This document shows, piece by piece, positions 12,548-25,290 of a DNA stretch of 64,000 bases. Within the stretch, counting starts at the first letter, position 1. Each line of letters begins with the position of its first letter. The notes under the pieces were generated by a model. The model ran no database searches, was not told the DNA's origin, and saw only the letters and a program-made list of their open reading frames with translations. Made by a program: the position numbers and the translations under genes. Origin of the DNA: Octopus vulgaris (Eukaryota); NCBI GenBank assembly GCA_951406725.2, contig OX597816.1, forward strand, positions 93,744,001 through 93,808,000, in the 5' to 3' direction.

Positions 12548-12775
12548 TTTTACTTTTTATCTTTCATTTGATTCAGTCACTAGACTTCGGCCATGCTGGG
12601 GCACCGCCTTGAAGAATTTTTAGCCGAACTAATCGACATCAGTACATCTTTTAAGTGTCTGGTGTTTGCTCTAGGGGACTCTTTCATTGAACAACTAGGT
12701 TAGGGGGACGTAAACAAACCAATACCGGCTATCAAGCGGTGGTGGAGCACAAACGCAGGCACAAAGACACACACA
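12548..12775 (-). mobile_element. SINE family B, 3' half
   Basis: Reverse-complement match to family B. Confidence 0.85.
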
Positions 12776-12886
12776 TACATGCATACCTACCTACCTACCT
12801 ACCTACCAACATACATACATACATACATACATACATACATACATACATACATACATACATACATACATACATACATACATACATTC

Positions 12887-13075
12887 TTTCGTTCAGGTGA
12901 TGGCAACGCTCGAACACGAGTTTGCAGCCATCATTTGTGTATGTATGCGTGCATGTATCTACTGTACCCAACTTATTGGATTTTTAGTCGATAATGTTTG
13001 TGCTATGAAAATTATATTATGCTGTAAAGCGGCCTTTTACCACTTTTGTATCTGTCTTTTGACGATGGTTGTCGC
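12887..13075 (+). repeat. Uninterrupted right arm of the inverted paralog (Helitron empty site)
   Basis: 12887-12933 matches the reverse complement of 11873-11920, and 12934-13075 matches the reverse complement of 9912-10054. Confidence 0.9.
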
Positions 13076-13137
13076 GTTGATGATGGCCAAATTTAAAAAC
13101 GGTTCTGTGATACTTTGAATACAAAAATTTGCGCAAC

Positions 13138-13333
13138 AAGGCGGCGAGCTGGCAGAAACGTTAGCTCGGCGGGCGAAATGCTTAGCGGTATTTCGTCTGC
13201 CGCTACGTTCTGAGTTCAAATTCCGCCGAGGTCGACTTTGCCTTTCATCCATTCGGGGTCTATTAAATAAGTACCAGTTAGTTACGCACTGGGGTCGATA
13301 TAATCGACTAAATCCGTTTGTCTGTCCTTGTTT
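13138..13333 (+). mobile_element. SINE family A, 3'-truncated
   Basis: aaggcggcgagctggcagaaacgttagc... closely matches the other copies. Confidence 0.92.
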
Positions 13334-13342
13334 GGTGAGGGG

Positions 13343-13533
13343 GTTACAAACACAGACAAAAGACATACACATATATACATACGACGGGCTTCTTTCAGTT
13401 TCCGTCTACCAAATCCACTCACAAGGCTTTGGTGGTTCCGAAGCTATAGTAGAAGACACTTGCCCAAGTTGCCATACAGTGGGACTGAACCCGGAACCAT
13501 GTAGTTGCGAAGGAAACTTCTTACCACACAGCC
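13343..13533 (-). mobile_element. SINE family B 5' half, fused tail-to-tail with family A
   Basis: Reverse complement of the family B head and CORE-like ttgggcaagtgtcttctactatag. Confidence 0.9.
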
Positions 13534-15129
13534 TCTGTCTATGTCTGAAGATATACAATATCTATATATTTTTATCTGCATATAGTCTTATATGAACCAT
13601 AAAATAGTAGAACAACATCCTAATAACCTTTAACAAAGCTATATATACAAATAATCTTGATCTGTCACAAGAAAATCCTTAACCAGCCCAAATTGCTATT
13701 TAAATATGATACATCATCAGCCGCAGGAATCACTATTCAAGTTTCCTTTATAACGACTCGCTATGCAGACAGGCCTGAGTGAAAACAATGATAAAATTTC
13801 CTTCTAAAATCAGAATGGCTGTATTTAACATGCTTTTCTATTGTCCTTCTCAACCCCCTTTCTATTCAACTACTTCTGTCTGTCATACTCACTTATACCA
13901 CTCCTAATTTTCATATGTTTTGATCCAATCACCAAAGAAACACTCTACCTAAAACAGAATATGTACGGCTCGAACTTTACAACAATCTGATAACGGCGAG
14001 TAAGCCGAAGCTTCAAAGTAACTGTCAACATTTTTCGTGAGAAATTTATGTGTGTGTGTGTGTGTGTGTATGCGCATATATATTGCTCTGCATTTTAAAT
14101 TGATGTAATGATTGCATTGTTTAATTAAATAGAGTTGCATGAAACGATCGTACTGCATTACCTCTGGATATCCTTGTTGCTTATTTTGATTAATGTATAT
14201 GCATATATAGTTACACACACACACACACACAAAACAAGTATATATAATACTATATATGTGTGCCACAGTATGTGTGTTTACTTGTATGTGCGTAGGTTGT
14301 CACTTGATAGTGGATACCACGTCCGTAGTGAGATGGATGTTGAATAGTCTGTTACATACCAATCAGGACCGTAATCAGGACCAGAATCCATATCAAATGG
14401 CAAAACAGACTGAAAGTTCTGCCCGACTCTGTCACTGAACCAGACTGATATGATACTTATAACTGAAGTGAAGTAATGTAAAGTAAAGTGTTTGGCTTTG
14501 AAACATAACTAATGACAACTGTAGATGTGTGCACGTTTTCTATCTTTGGCATAGTTTTAGGGCGTCCGCACTGTTTAATATATATTTATTTTATCGGCCT
14601 TACGAAAATATAAATAAATGCTATCTCTTTAGGTAGTTTGAAATTCTTTTTAATTATAGATGATACAATTGCTATCCACTATGACGTCTGATGATGGTAA
14701 CTTTCATCAATCCCATCCGAGAAAGATCTCACAATTTCTCCCTAGAACTCACAATCCTGCTATACTACACTTAGATCTTGCACTTCATTTTACGAATATT
14801 TGGTGTTACGCTAGATATTCGTAACATCAATAGCAACTTTTCTCAAACTTAACCAAGATATCCAATGCATATACGATACCCCTTTTGCAAAAGCAGTGTT
14901 TAGCAAATTGGACTCTACGCACTTCAGTTTTTGTAACATGAATGACAAAGTACTGTAAATTTGTTGTAGTATTGGGTATGCTTTCCACGAACGATTTTGT
15001 ACTTAACGTTGAAGTCGATTATAGGAAGTATTCATGTTTCAGAGTCACGCAAGAGTAGTGGCTCAACAATGGGAGCAAGAAAGATATTGATGTGAAAGGT
15101 CTGTCTTAAATCAAATGTCTACAAACTGA

Positions 15130-15343
15130 TTTCAAATTTTGGCACAAGGCCAGCAACTTCGAGGACTGGAGTAACTTGATTGCATCGATTCCAGTGTCCA
15201 TCCAACTGGTACGTATTTTGTCGACTCCGAAAGCGTGAAAGGCAAAGTCAGCCTCGATGGAATTTGAACTCAGAGTGTAAAGACGGGTGAAATGTCGCTA
15301 AGCAGTTTTCCCCGGCGTGCTAATGATTCTGCCAATTCGCCTT
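15130..15343 (-). mobile_element. SINE family A
   Basis: Reverse-complement match to family A. Confidence 0.85.
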
Positions 15344-16417
15344 CAAATATTGGCACGTTACATCTTCCTTTGTATCCAGGCTGCGTTTGTCAAGCTGGGA
15401 AACGACAACTAATATTGTTAGCGTACTAAGGAGGCGGGTTTTCAGTTGGAGATTGTATTTTGCTGATGCGGGTTCCTGGAAATGGTAAAGCAGAGAATAC
15501 ATTAGTTATTGCAATTGAAAATAGAGAAAGAGAGCTTCACATGAAATATATAAAGAAACAGTAGAGTTGTTTAGCACCAGGGGAAGTCGTTTTCATCCTG
15601 CCTTCCAGTATGTCTAAAACAGTAGGCTGTAATATTATGTGATATAAGAGAATTTGGTTTCTATTTCTAGCAGGTTGAGAGAGAGCCTTGAGGCTCTCAC
15701 TGAAATTGTGTGTAGTGAATATAGGAGTATTTCCTAAAGATGCCAGTGGCAATACTTCGTCTACAGAGACAAGAGAGAGAAACAAACGAGAAGAGAGACA
15801 GATAGACAGGCACACAGACAAATTGAGAGGTTAAGAAAGAAAGGAAGAAAGAAAGAAAAGGAAGGAGAGAAGACACAAGGAGGGAAAAGCGAGTGAAAGA
15901 AGAGAAAGCGGGAGGAAATTCAATTACAAAATGAATATAGTGTTAGCTATAAAACTCAAACCATGAAGATAAGTTTTGACTTCAATTCAGATGTATGTTT
16001 AAACAGTCAATATGAAAGGGTAATTTGTTAAGTTTTATCTCTTAACAAATTGAGCTTAATGTAAGTTCGTGTTCTGTAAAATTTTGTGATTATCCTTAGA
16101 TACCGCATGGTAGACACAACTGCCCGGAAAGCAGTAAAACTCTATGTCTGACAAGTGGTTCGTTAATTGGCAGATACGAGTTCGAATTCTCTTGTAGTTG
16201 TGAGGAATGCGGCGGAGAATTACTATGGTGTTATCTTTTGATATATACGTATCTATATACGCGTGTATACACATATTTCATTATAAGCACAGCGCACATA
16301 CATATATGCAACTATGTATGTGTGTGTGTATATACACACACACACACACACACATATATAGATGTATGTGTGTGTGTATGTGTGTGTGTGCGTGTGTGTG
16401 TGTGTGTGAATGTGCGT

Positions 16418-16712
16418 GCCTTCGTGGTTAGGGCATTTCGCTAATTCAATTCCCGGCGACGGTTTGTGTCCTTCAGCAAGACACTTCCTTTTACGTTGCT
16501 CCAGTCCACTCAGCTGGCAAAAATGAGTTGTACCTGTATTTCAGTAGGTCAGTTTTATCACACTCTGTGTCACGCTGAATCTCTTTCAGAACTACATTGA
16601 GGATATACGTGTCTGTGGATTGCTCAGTCACTTGCACATTAACTTCACGAGCAAGGTGTTCCGTTGATCATATCATCTGGGACCCTCGTCATCGTAACCG
16701 ACAGAGTGGTCC
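16418..16712 (+). mobile_element. SINE family C (tRNA-derived, CORE-like)
   Basis: gtggttaggg...ttcaattccc head and tgtgtccttcagcaagacactt. Homologous to 31088-31378. Confidence 0.8.
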
Positions 16713-16713
16713 C

Positions 16714-16770
<57 letters not shown>

Positions 16771-16934
16771 TATAGACTTCACTAAGGTAACTAAGGGTTC
16801 TAGTCAGAAATTAAAGTCAGAACAACTCTTAGCCACGTGGAAGTAAGTACTTGTCTAATGACTGACATGGGATTCGGATTCTTAAATATGCTAAGCCACT
16901 AGTTTTAATTGATTAACGTCAATTTCTGCACTTA

Positions 16935-16997
<63 letters not shown>

Positions 16998-18283
16998 GTT
17001 TCATAGACTCGTACATTCACTTGTATATCTGGGAACAAGGTGGTATATTAAATATTTATACAGTACAATACGATTCCCCCTTACAGCCCATTTACCAATG
17101 AGTTTTGTGCACGAAATTTTTTGGGAAAAAAAAAAAATTTTTAATACAACAATGTCAGCACTCATCCTATAGTCTGATATAAAAGCATGGTGCAGGCACT
17201 TCGCCACTAGAAGTCAGAAAGTGTCACAACGAAAAATTTGTGGAAGAAACTTTTGTGGGCTCAGATAAGTTAGGCCACCGCGATGTGTGGGAAAACGCCT
17301 GTAGAGTGAGATTGGGAGCAGGGTGATGTTAGAATAGGTGTTGATGAGGAGGGGTCAGTTTAAAAAAAAACATGTCTGGACATGTAGATATTTGTGTGAG
17401 TGTGTGTGTGTTTATGGGCGTGGTAAACCTTATATCAAAACTTGAGATTGTGATATGGAGAAATACTGGTAATAGAAGCCCTAACATTTATATCTATAGT
17501 GCGGTCCATGAGTATCCTTGGACATATCTCCGCTCATGAGAGCAGGATCAGAAAATCTCGCTTTAAAATTTTGGTAGGTGTCCCATTGGAGAGAATTCTT
17601 CAGTATAATTCTTTTTTCTCTCTTAATAAAGCGCCACAGATTACATTATCAAGTGGAAAGTCTGGAAATTTTACTTCAGCTGCAGTAGAAGGTGCAGGTT
17701 CTGCTGCATTGAGACTATAATATTGTATTATATAAATATGTGTGTACGTATCTATGTGTGTGTGTGTGTGTATATGTGTGCGCGTGCGTTTATGTGTATA
17801 GGTGTGGGTGGGTAGTATATATGTATATATATTTGTGTGCGTACATGTTTTGGTGTATGCATGTGTGTGTGTGTGTACAGGCATCTCAAAATTAAAGATT
17901 AGTCATTGTACTGTCTTATCTATGCGGACACCCCACTGGAGCTTCAGGCTTGTTAAAGTATTATTTCTCATTTTAGATTACAGTATATTAATTGCTTATA
18001 GCAAATGACCATGCAGCGAACACCAGAAGCAAAAATATTGTCTGAGTTTCAAATATTGTCTGGAATTGCATAAAACAGAGTGATTTTACAATGCCCAATT
18101 AATGGAAAAGAATCAACAGCATGCTGCTCAGGTTGACCTGAGTCCTCTTATAAGTGTTTTCGGGCTGTCAAGCAGACAGTTGAAAATAATCCCCTTTTGT
18201 AAGGTAGCTGATGCTGCAGAGCGACTCCAAGTGAATCGGAGTACTTCTAGTGAGGTATTTCTCTTAACTTGGCTACTGTTGTA

Positions 18284-18576
18284 TAGAGTTAGAAGGAAAC
18301 CTCTTCTTTAACCTGCAAATATTGGGGGGAAGAAAGGAAAAATATAAATCTTTCAAAAATGATGGTGTCTATTTACTTCTGAGCTGTCTGTACATGCATT
18401 AATACATACACATACATACACACACAAATACATACATACAAGCAGGCATACATACATACATACATACATACATACATACATACATACATACATACATACA
18501 TACATACATACATACATACATACATACGTACGTATGTACGTACATACATACATACATACATACATACATACATACA

Positions 18577-18607
<31 letters not shown>

Positions 18608-19334
18608 GTATGTGCACATATATATGTGCGTACATTTCACTCGCTTTATATTAAACACCAAGAGCTGGTTGCTATTCTTAGAAAAACTTCGCGGAAACCT
18701 GTCTCAGTGCTCAGCCACGGAAGAACGAATAACTTCCAAAACAGCAAAATGTCCTGATGTTCTGCAAACAACTTGCACATGCAAGTGTAATCAGTCGAAA
18801 GCTCCGCATACCGGAGGCCAGCAAGTGTATGGGGTCACCAGGAGGGAATGCAGGCCGTTTCAGGGCGTACCTCTCAACGGCATCATTGCGCACCGCCTGC
18901 CCCCTCACTGATATGAGACCCGGCTTGCTAGATCAACTGGTTATCAGATAAAGCTCAATATTCTTCTAGCCATCGCTCATCGTCTCTTTTTAACCAAATC
19001 CAGTTGCTAGCCTTTTCCACAGTAGTTTGTATATCGGTCATGGTGATATTTATTTATTAGAGTTAGAAGGAAACCTCTTCTTTAACCTGCAAATATTGGG
19101 GGGAAGAAAGGAAAAATATAAATCTTTCAAAAATGATGGTGTCTATTTACTTCTGAGCTGTCTGTACATGCATTAATACATACACATACATACACACACA
19201 AATACATACATAAAAGCAGGCATACATACATACATACATACATACATACATACATACATACATACATACATACATACATACATACATACGTACGTATGTA
19301 CGTACATACATACATACATACATACATACATACA

Positions 19335-19365
<31 letters not shown>

Positions 19366-19814
19366 GTATGTGCACATATATATGTGCGTACATTTCACTC
19401 GCTTTATATTAAACACCAAGAGCTGGTTGCTATTCTTAGAAAAAACATCGCGGAAACCTGTCTCAGTGCTCAGCCACTGAAGAACGAATAACTTCCAAAA
19501 CAGCAAAATGTCCTGATGTTCTGCAAACAACTTGCACATGCAAGTGTAATCAGTCGAAAGCTCCGCATACCGGAGGCCAGCAAGTGTATGGGGTCACCAG
19601 GAGGGAATGCAGGCCGTTTCAGGGCGTACCTCTCAACGGCATCATTGCGCACCGCCTGCCCCCTCACTGATATGAGACCCGGCTTGCTAGATCAACTGGT
19701 TATCAGATAAAGCTCAATATTCTTCTAGCCATCGCTCATCGTCTCTTTTTAACCAAATCCAGTTGCTAGCCTTTTCCACAGTAGTTTGTATATCGGTCAT
19801 GGTGATATTTATTT
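18284..19814 (+). repeat. Tandem duplication of a ~760-bp unit (18284-19055 and 19058-19814)
   Basis: The units are nearly identical. They differ in (CATA)n length and a few substitutions (cttcgc/catcgc, cacgg/cactg). Confidence 0.97.
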
Positions 19815-20253
19815 TACCATGAGTTTACTAAAGGTCAGCCTTGCAGGACATTTTCTTTATTTTGTATACACCCATTTTTTTTTATAAGAGTGTATTAAAA
19901 TGATCGCAGAAGAAAGATTAATTCTTTTTCATTCTTCTCGTTTACATGTATTTTCCATAATCATTGGTCATAGTTCCGATACATTCTAATTAGCCATAGA
20001 GTACTCTGAGTGAACGAGTTAAATGTAACTATATGTAAATTTACTACATACTTTCATGCGTAAATGTATTCATGCATGTATGAGAAAAGTATCCATGTCA
20101 TTTCTGTTTACTACATTCCACTCACAAGGTATTAATCAATTCGAGGCCACGATAGAAAGAAGACTCTTGCCACAGGTGCCATGCAGTTGGATCGAACTCA
20201 GAACGTCTTAGCCAAAACAGAGACGTCTGCCTTCAAGAGCATAACATTTAATT

Positions 20254-21048
20254 TGGCGGCGAGCTGGCAGAAACGTTAGCACGCCGGGCGAAATGCTTTG
20301 TAGTATTTCGTCCGCCGTTACGTTCTGAGTTCAAATTCCCCTGAGGTTGACTTTGCTTTTCATCCTTTTGGGGTCGATAAATTAAGTACCAGTTACGCAC
20401 TGGGGTCGATATAATTGACTTAATCCATTTGTCTGTCCTTGTTTGTCCTCTCTGTGTTTAGCCCTTGTAGGTAGTAAAGAAATAGGTATTTCGTCCGCCT
20501 CTGCGTTCTGAGTTCAAATTCCGTCGATGTCGACTTTGCCTTTCATCCTTTCGGGATCGATTAAATAAATACCATTTACGCACTGAGGTCGATATAATCA
20601 ACTTAATCCGTTTGTCCTTGTTTGTCCTCTCTGTGTTTAGCCCCTTGTGGGTAGTAAAGAAATAGGTATTTCGTCTGCCGCTACGTTCTGAGTTCAAATT
20701 CCGCCGAAATCGACTTTGCATTTCATCCTTTCAGGGTCGATTAAATAAGTACCAGTTACGCACTGGGGTCGATGTATATCGACTTAATCACTTTGTCTGT
20801 CCTTGTTTGTCCCCTTTATGTTTAGCCCCTTGTGGGCAATAAAGAAATAAGAAACGTTAGCATGCCGGGCGCAATGCTTTGCGGTATTTCGCCTGTCTTT
20901 ACGTTCTGAGTTCAAATTCCGCCGAGATTAACTTTGCCTTTCATCTTTTCGGGGTCGATAAATTAAGTACCAGTTGCATACTGAGGTCGATCTAATCGAC
21001 TGGCCCCCACCCCCAAGATTTCAGGCCTTGTACCTAGAGTAGAAAAGA
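20254..21048 (+). mobile_element. Multimeric SINE family A array (about 4 units of ~180 bp)
   Basis: One head followed by repeated gtatttcg...gagttcaaattcc...aaagaaata units. The last unit carries a different terminal tail (ggccttgtacctagagtagaaaag). Confidence 0.93.
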
Positions 21049-23027
21049 TATACAAGCAAGCTAAGCGGTATGAAACAAAGATTGGCGAAACATTATAATT
21101 TCCTATTCTAAGACTAAACTCATAGACTGATAAAGAACATAGAAAGTAAAGAAACACCAGGTGAGACAGCTTACAAGTATCTCATATTTTATGGGAGATA
21201 ATGAGACAAAATTAAAAGCATCTGCAATTAAACGTTGATTTCATATTATCAATATTTTAATTTGAGCTTTAAATGAAGGTTTGCCTGAAATCAGAAAATG
21301 TTTACTTATCAGAAATGAGCCTGCTCATTAAAATTGCATCAACTTAACAGTATACTCTTTTTCATGTTCCAACCTGCGATCTCGGGCCATGCTTGAACAA
21401 TGCTGTTGCTACATTTTTACTAATCTTCTCTTTATGTTTGCTCTTTGGTGAAGGAGAGAATTCTATGCTGCTGACCTCTCTTGCGTTTCTTGAGAAATGT
21501 AAGTATAAATATATTTTTACTGAACATCTGAATCTTAGGATGATCCTTTTGATCAATTTCATTTTATACGGTGAGAATTCTTGAAATTACTCTAGATTTA
21601 CAGAGAATTCTATTACTTCATCTACAAAAGGAGCAACATTAGAAGCAATATGAAAAAAAGTACTAAACGGAATGCGCAAAGTTACACTGTCGAAGTATAA
21701 AACACGAAGCTTTTATGAAAGAAAAAAACTTTGGAAATTTGAAAAACAAAAGCAGTACATTTAAAAGAACGAAAACACAACTATTTGAGAATAAACAAGA
21801 AAGAGTTAGAAGTAAAAAGTAAAAAGAAATTAGTTCGAGTTTGTGTTAACGGCGTCTTTCTATGGCGACAGACGCACTGTCATTGTCTGATAGAATCATA
21901 CTGTGCCACTTGAGATGGCTACAATTCTCTCACAGAAATGCCCCTTCCTACAAACAAAAATGTCACATCTACAAGATTGACATCTTATCTTACAATACGC
22001 CTAATCATTGCAGCGACTTGTGTGACGTTTTAACGAGCATTACAGTCTGTCTACAAAGCTGTCTGCTTTAGGTAGAAGGCCGTTACGTGTTTCCTCAGAA
22101 GCTGAATGACTGACTATATGTGAAGAAAATATATATTTATGAAATACAAAATCTACCCTTTACACACAAACAAAACACGCAAGCCCACACAACCATTTGC
22201 TTACACATAAACATACGTTTAGATACACACACATACTGACAATTTTTATCTGCCTGTTTACATATTTGTGCCTACGAAAGTATTTGTATATAAGTCAATA
22301 TTTTCAAAGGTAGTTGAGAGGAAGAGGGATCACAAAGAAAGATGGCGTCAGGGTTGTTTGTTACATGAACTGTGGTGGCAATATCCTATCTTTATATTGT
22401 TCACCATGTCTGGGTTATGTTCTGTAGATTTGTGTATTTAACAGTTGAGCTAGCAATTTTGTAATACTAGTGGCACCTAACACTATGCATACATATCGAT
22501 TATAAGTATACATGTAACCTGTTCGGTCAGGTTTGTTCTCACCTTTTAAAAAAACAGCTCCGTTTTCTCAATACGTTTGTATGAATCAATCATAGCTGGC
22601 TTGAACATTTCGCTGACTTTGTAATGACAGGTAGTAATTACATGTAAAAGTAATGTCAACTACGGCTTCTATAATTATAGTCTTAATATTACATGATTTT
22701 GAAATGAGTTACTAATTCTATTTTAAAAACATTTAACGCTTCATTCTCTACCATCTATACGACATGATTGTAAGCTGGTTTTATACAAGTTCGATCATCG
22801 TAAGTCGGGCAGAGCTCGTTCAAATTTCTTTTCTTTACTCGTGTAACCTTGTATAAAACGGTTTGCAATACGTTTAGTTGTGAAAATAGCTGTTATAAAA
22901 TTCTCGAAGAACATCTGACAGACCCAGAATAATTCATTCTGTTACTTTAAAATCGAAGCTTTAGTATTTTATAAATATTTTGTTTACATTAGTGTAAAGA
23001 AGGTGATTATTTTATCGATTTCTGCGC

Positions 23028-23113
<86 letters not shown>

Positions 23114-23257
23114 CATACATACACACATACATACATACATACATACATACATACATACATACATACATACATACATACATACATACATACACACACACAT
23201 ACACACATACATACCACGTGTGTACCGTTGGCGATTCTTTTTCCTCTGTCTTCTCTT

Positions 23258-23284
23258 CCGACGAAGAGCTCCACTCGAAACGTT
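23258..23284 (+). ncRNA. Minimal hammerhead-like motif (U4C core variant) in a Penelope pLTR-like segment
   Basis: CCGACGA-A-GAG-ctcca-CTC-GAAA-CGTT with palindromic AACGTT helix III. Helix I is weak. The segment is flanked by microsatellites. Confidence 0.5.
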
Positions 23285-23384
23285 AAACCCTCCTTCTTCC
23301 CTTCCTTCCTGAGTGTCCAATAATACTATATTTGTTCCACGTATCGCGTTGTTGTGTTTTCTCTTTGTGTTTTCATGTTTGGAT

Positions 23385-23435
<51 letters not shown>

Positions 23436-23518
23436 GTGTGTGTGTGTTGGATAATAAAACTAATAGTTACACCTGGTAGCTAACTGGTAAAGCACGGTCA
23501 CTTTCACAGTGATCGTTA

Positions 23519-23769
23519 TGTATATGGCAAATGAAAGACGGAAGATGGAATATGCGAGAATTTATTATTAATCATGACAATTGTTTCAAAACATCTGGCA
23601 TCGATCCCTCACAGGTGGAACACTCAACAACTGGTTCAGGAGCATTCGGAGGTTCAGATGTTGAGTCTCCCACACGTGAGGGATCGATGCTAGATGTGTC
23701 GAAATAAGTGTCGTTATTTATAATATATTCTCGTTTATTCCATCTTCCGTCTTTCATTTGCCATATGCA
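23519..23769. repeat. ~250-bp imperfect palindrome (fold-back element)
   Basis: atatggcaaatgaaagacggaagatggaat pairs with attccatcttccgtctttcatttgccatat. The inner acatctggcatcgatccctcac pairs with gtgagggatcgatgctagatgt. Confidence 0.95.
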
Positions 23770-23776
23770 TATATAT

Positions 23777-23858
<82 letters not shown>

Positions 23859-24054
23859 ATGTATGTGTATATACATATATATGTATATATACACACACAC
23901 ACACATATATACATACATACATACATAAATACCTGCATGTACATATGTAAATACATATTTATTCAAAGAAGTTCATCAATGAAAACAGTAATTTTGTGAC
24001 TAGCGAAAATTAAACGACTGAAATTCACATGGGCAAATAAATATGATATTGCTT

Positions 24055-24225
24055 TATTGCTTTACTTGTTTCAGTCAGTTGACTGCGGCCATGCTGGAGC
24101 ATCGCCCTGAGGTGCTTTAGTCGAACAAATCGATACCTACTGAACCACCAAGTTACGGAGACATTAACACCAACATCAAGCGGTGATGGAAGGAGAAGCA
24201 CGAAAACACGCAACCAAACACCCAC
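24055..24225 (-). mobile_element. SINE family B, 3' part
   Basis: Reverse-complement match to the family B tail. Confidence 0.8.
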
Positions 24226-24229
24226 CCAC

Positions 24230-24324
<95 letters not shown>

Positions 24325-25259
24325 GCTGAAATTTATAGAAAAACAAAAGACGAAGATAGGTGTATGAACTGAACGTGGTCTTTTACCCATAAACATTTTA
24401 CATATATCAGTAGCGAGATTTTCGATAATTTGCGACCTTTAATGATAAATTCTATTGGAATATTCCTGGTAAATTGTAAGAAGAAAGAGATAAATTATAT
24501 GACAACCATAAACATCAAATGGTAAATTGTGTGTTAAAATCTTCGGATCATTTGGCAAAAATTTCTTACATTTTTTTCAACCATTTGTGTGTATGATCGA
24601 ACTGGTAACAATAGATAGCATTTATGTTGATCTATTAGTCTTCATCTGTGATTTGAACGTTCGTTTTCCATTGCCATATATCTGTAAAGTGTGCTGTTAT
24701 TGTCTACTTGGCCGAATATCCTTTGTACTCATCTTGGGCAGGGCAAAACACATGCTAAAAGTACACGGTGCTCCAGCAAAAGGCAGTGCTCCAGCATGAC
24801 CACAGTCAATTGATTGAAGCAAGTAAAAGAGTAAAAGAGTAAAGAGTACACGTGCACGCGAACATGTACTTGTTTTCGCGTGTGTGTACGCGCTCGGTGC
24901 GTGTGTGTGTGTGCGAGCGTGCGTGCGTGCGCGTGTGTGTGTATATGCGTGCGTGCATGCGAGCGTGCATGTGTGTGTATGTGTGTGTATGTGTGTGTAT
25001 GCGTGTATGTACGTGCATACGAGCGTATGTGTGTGTGTGTGTGTGCGAGCGTGCGTGCATGTGTGCGTGTATGCGCGCGTGTGTGTGTGCGTGCGCGCGC
25101 GTATGTATGTATGTATGTGTGTATGAGTGTGCGTGTTTAGTTTCAATTTTATTGTCTCACTCCAATCTCCTTCTTTCTCTCTGAAAACAACTTCAACACC
25201 TTCAGTGGAAATAATTATCAATTATGATCTTACTTTCTTCCGCGTTTAACTGAATATAA

Positions 25260-25290
25260 CTAGTTGTAACCGTGGAAATTTCACGGTTAC
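25260..25290 (-). mobile_element. Helitron 3' terminus (5' end not located)
   Basis: a|CTAG followed by hairpin GTAACCGTGG-aaat-TTCACGGTTAC, similar to the terminus at 3610-3636. Confidence 0.65.

Noticed and set aside
14688-14725. CTGATGA followed by a short stem
   Set aside because: No correctly placed GAAA, helix III or helix I.
15380-15484. Possible 105-nt exon (pyrimidine tract-CAG ... G|GTAAAG) with one open frame
   Set aside because: The peptide is unrecognisable and has no partner exons. Such signals arise by chance in 64 kb.
20254-21048. Regular repeat array superficially like CRISPR
   Set aside because: The units are whole SINE bodies without unique spacers, in eukaryotic DNA with no cas genes.
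21393-21503. Signal-peptide-like ORF ending at a GTAAGT donor
   Set aside because: No in-frame ATG (it starts at TTG) and no downstream exon support.
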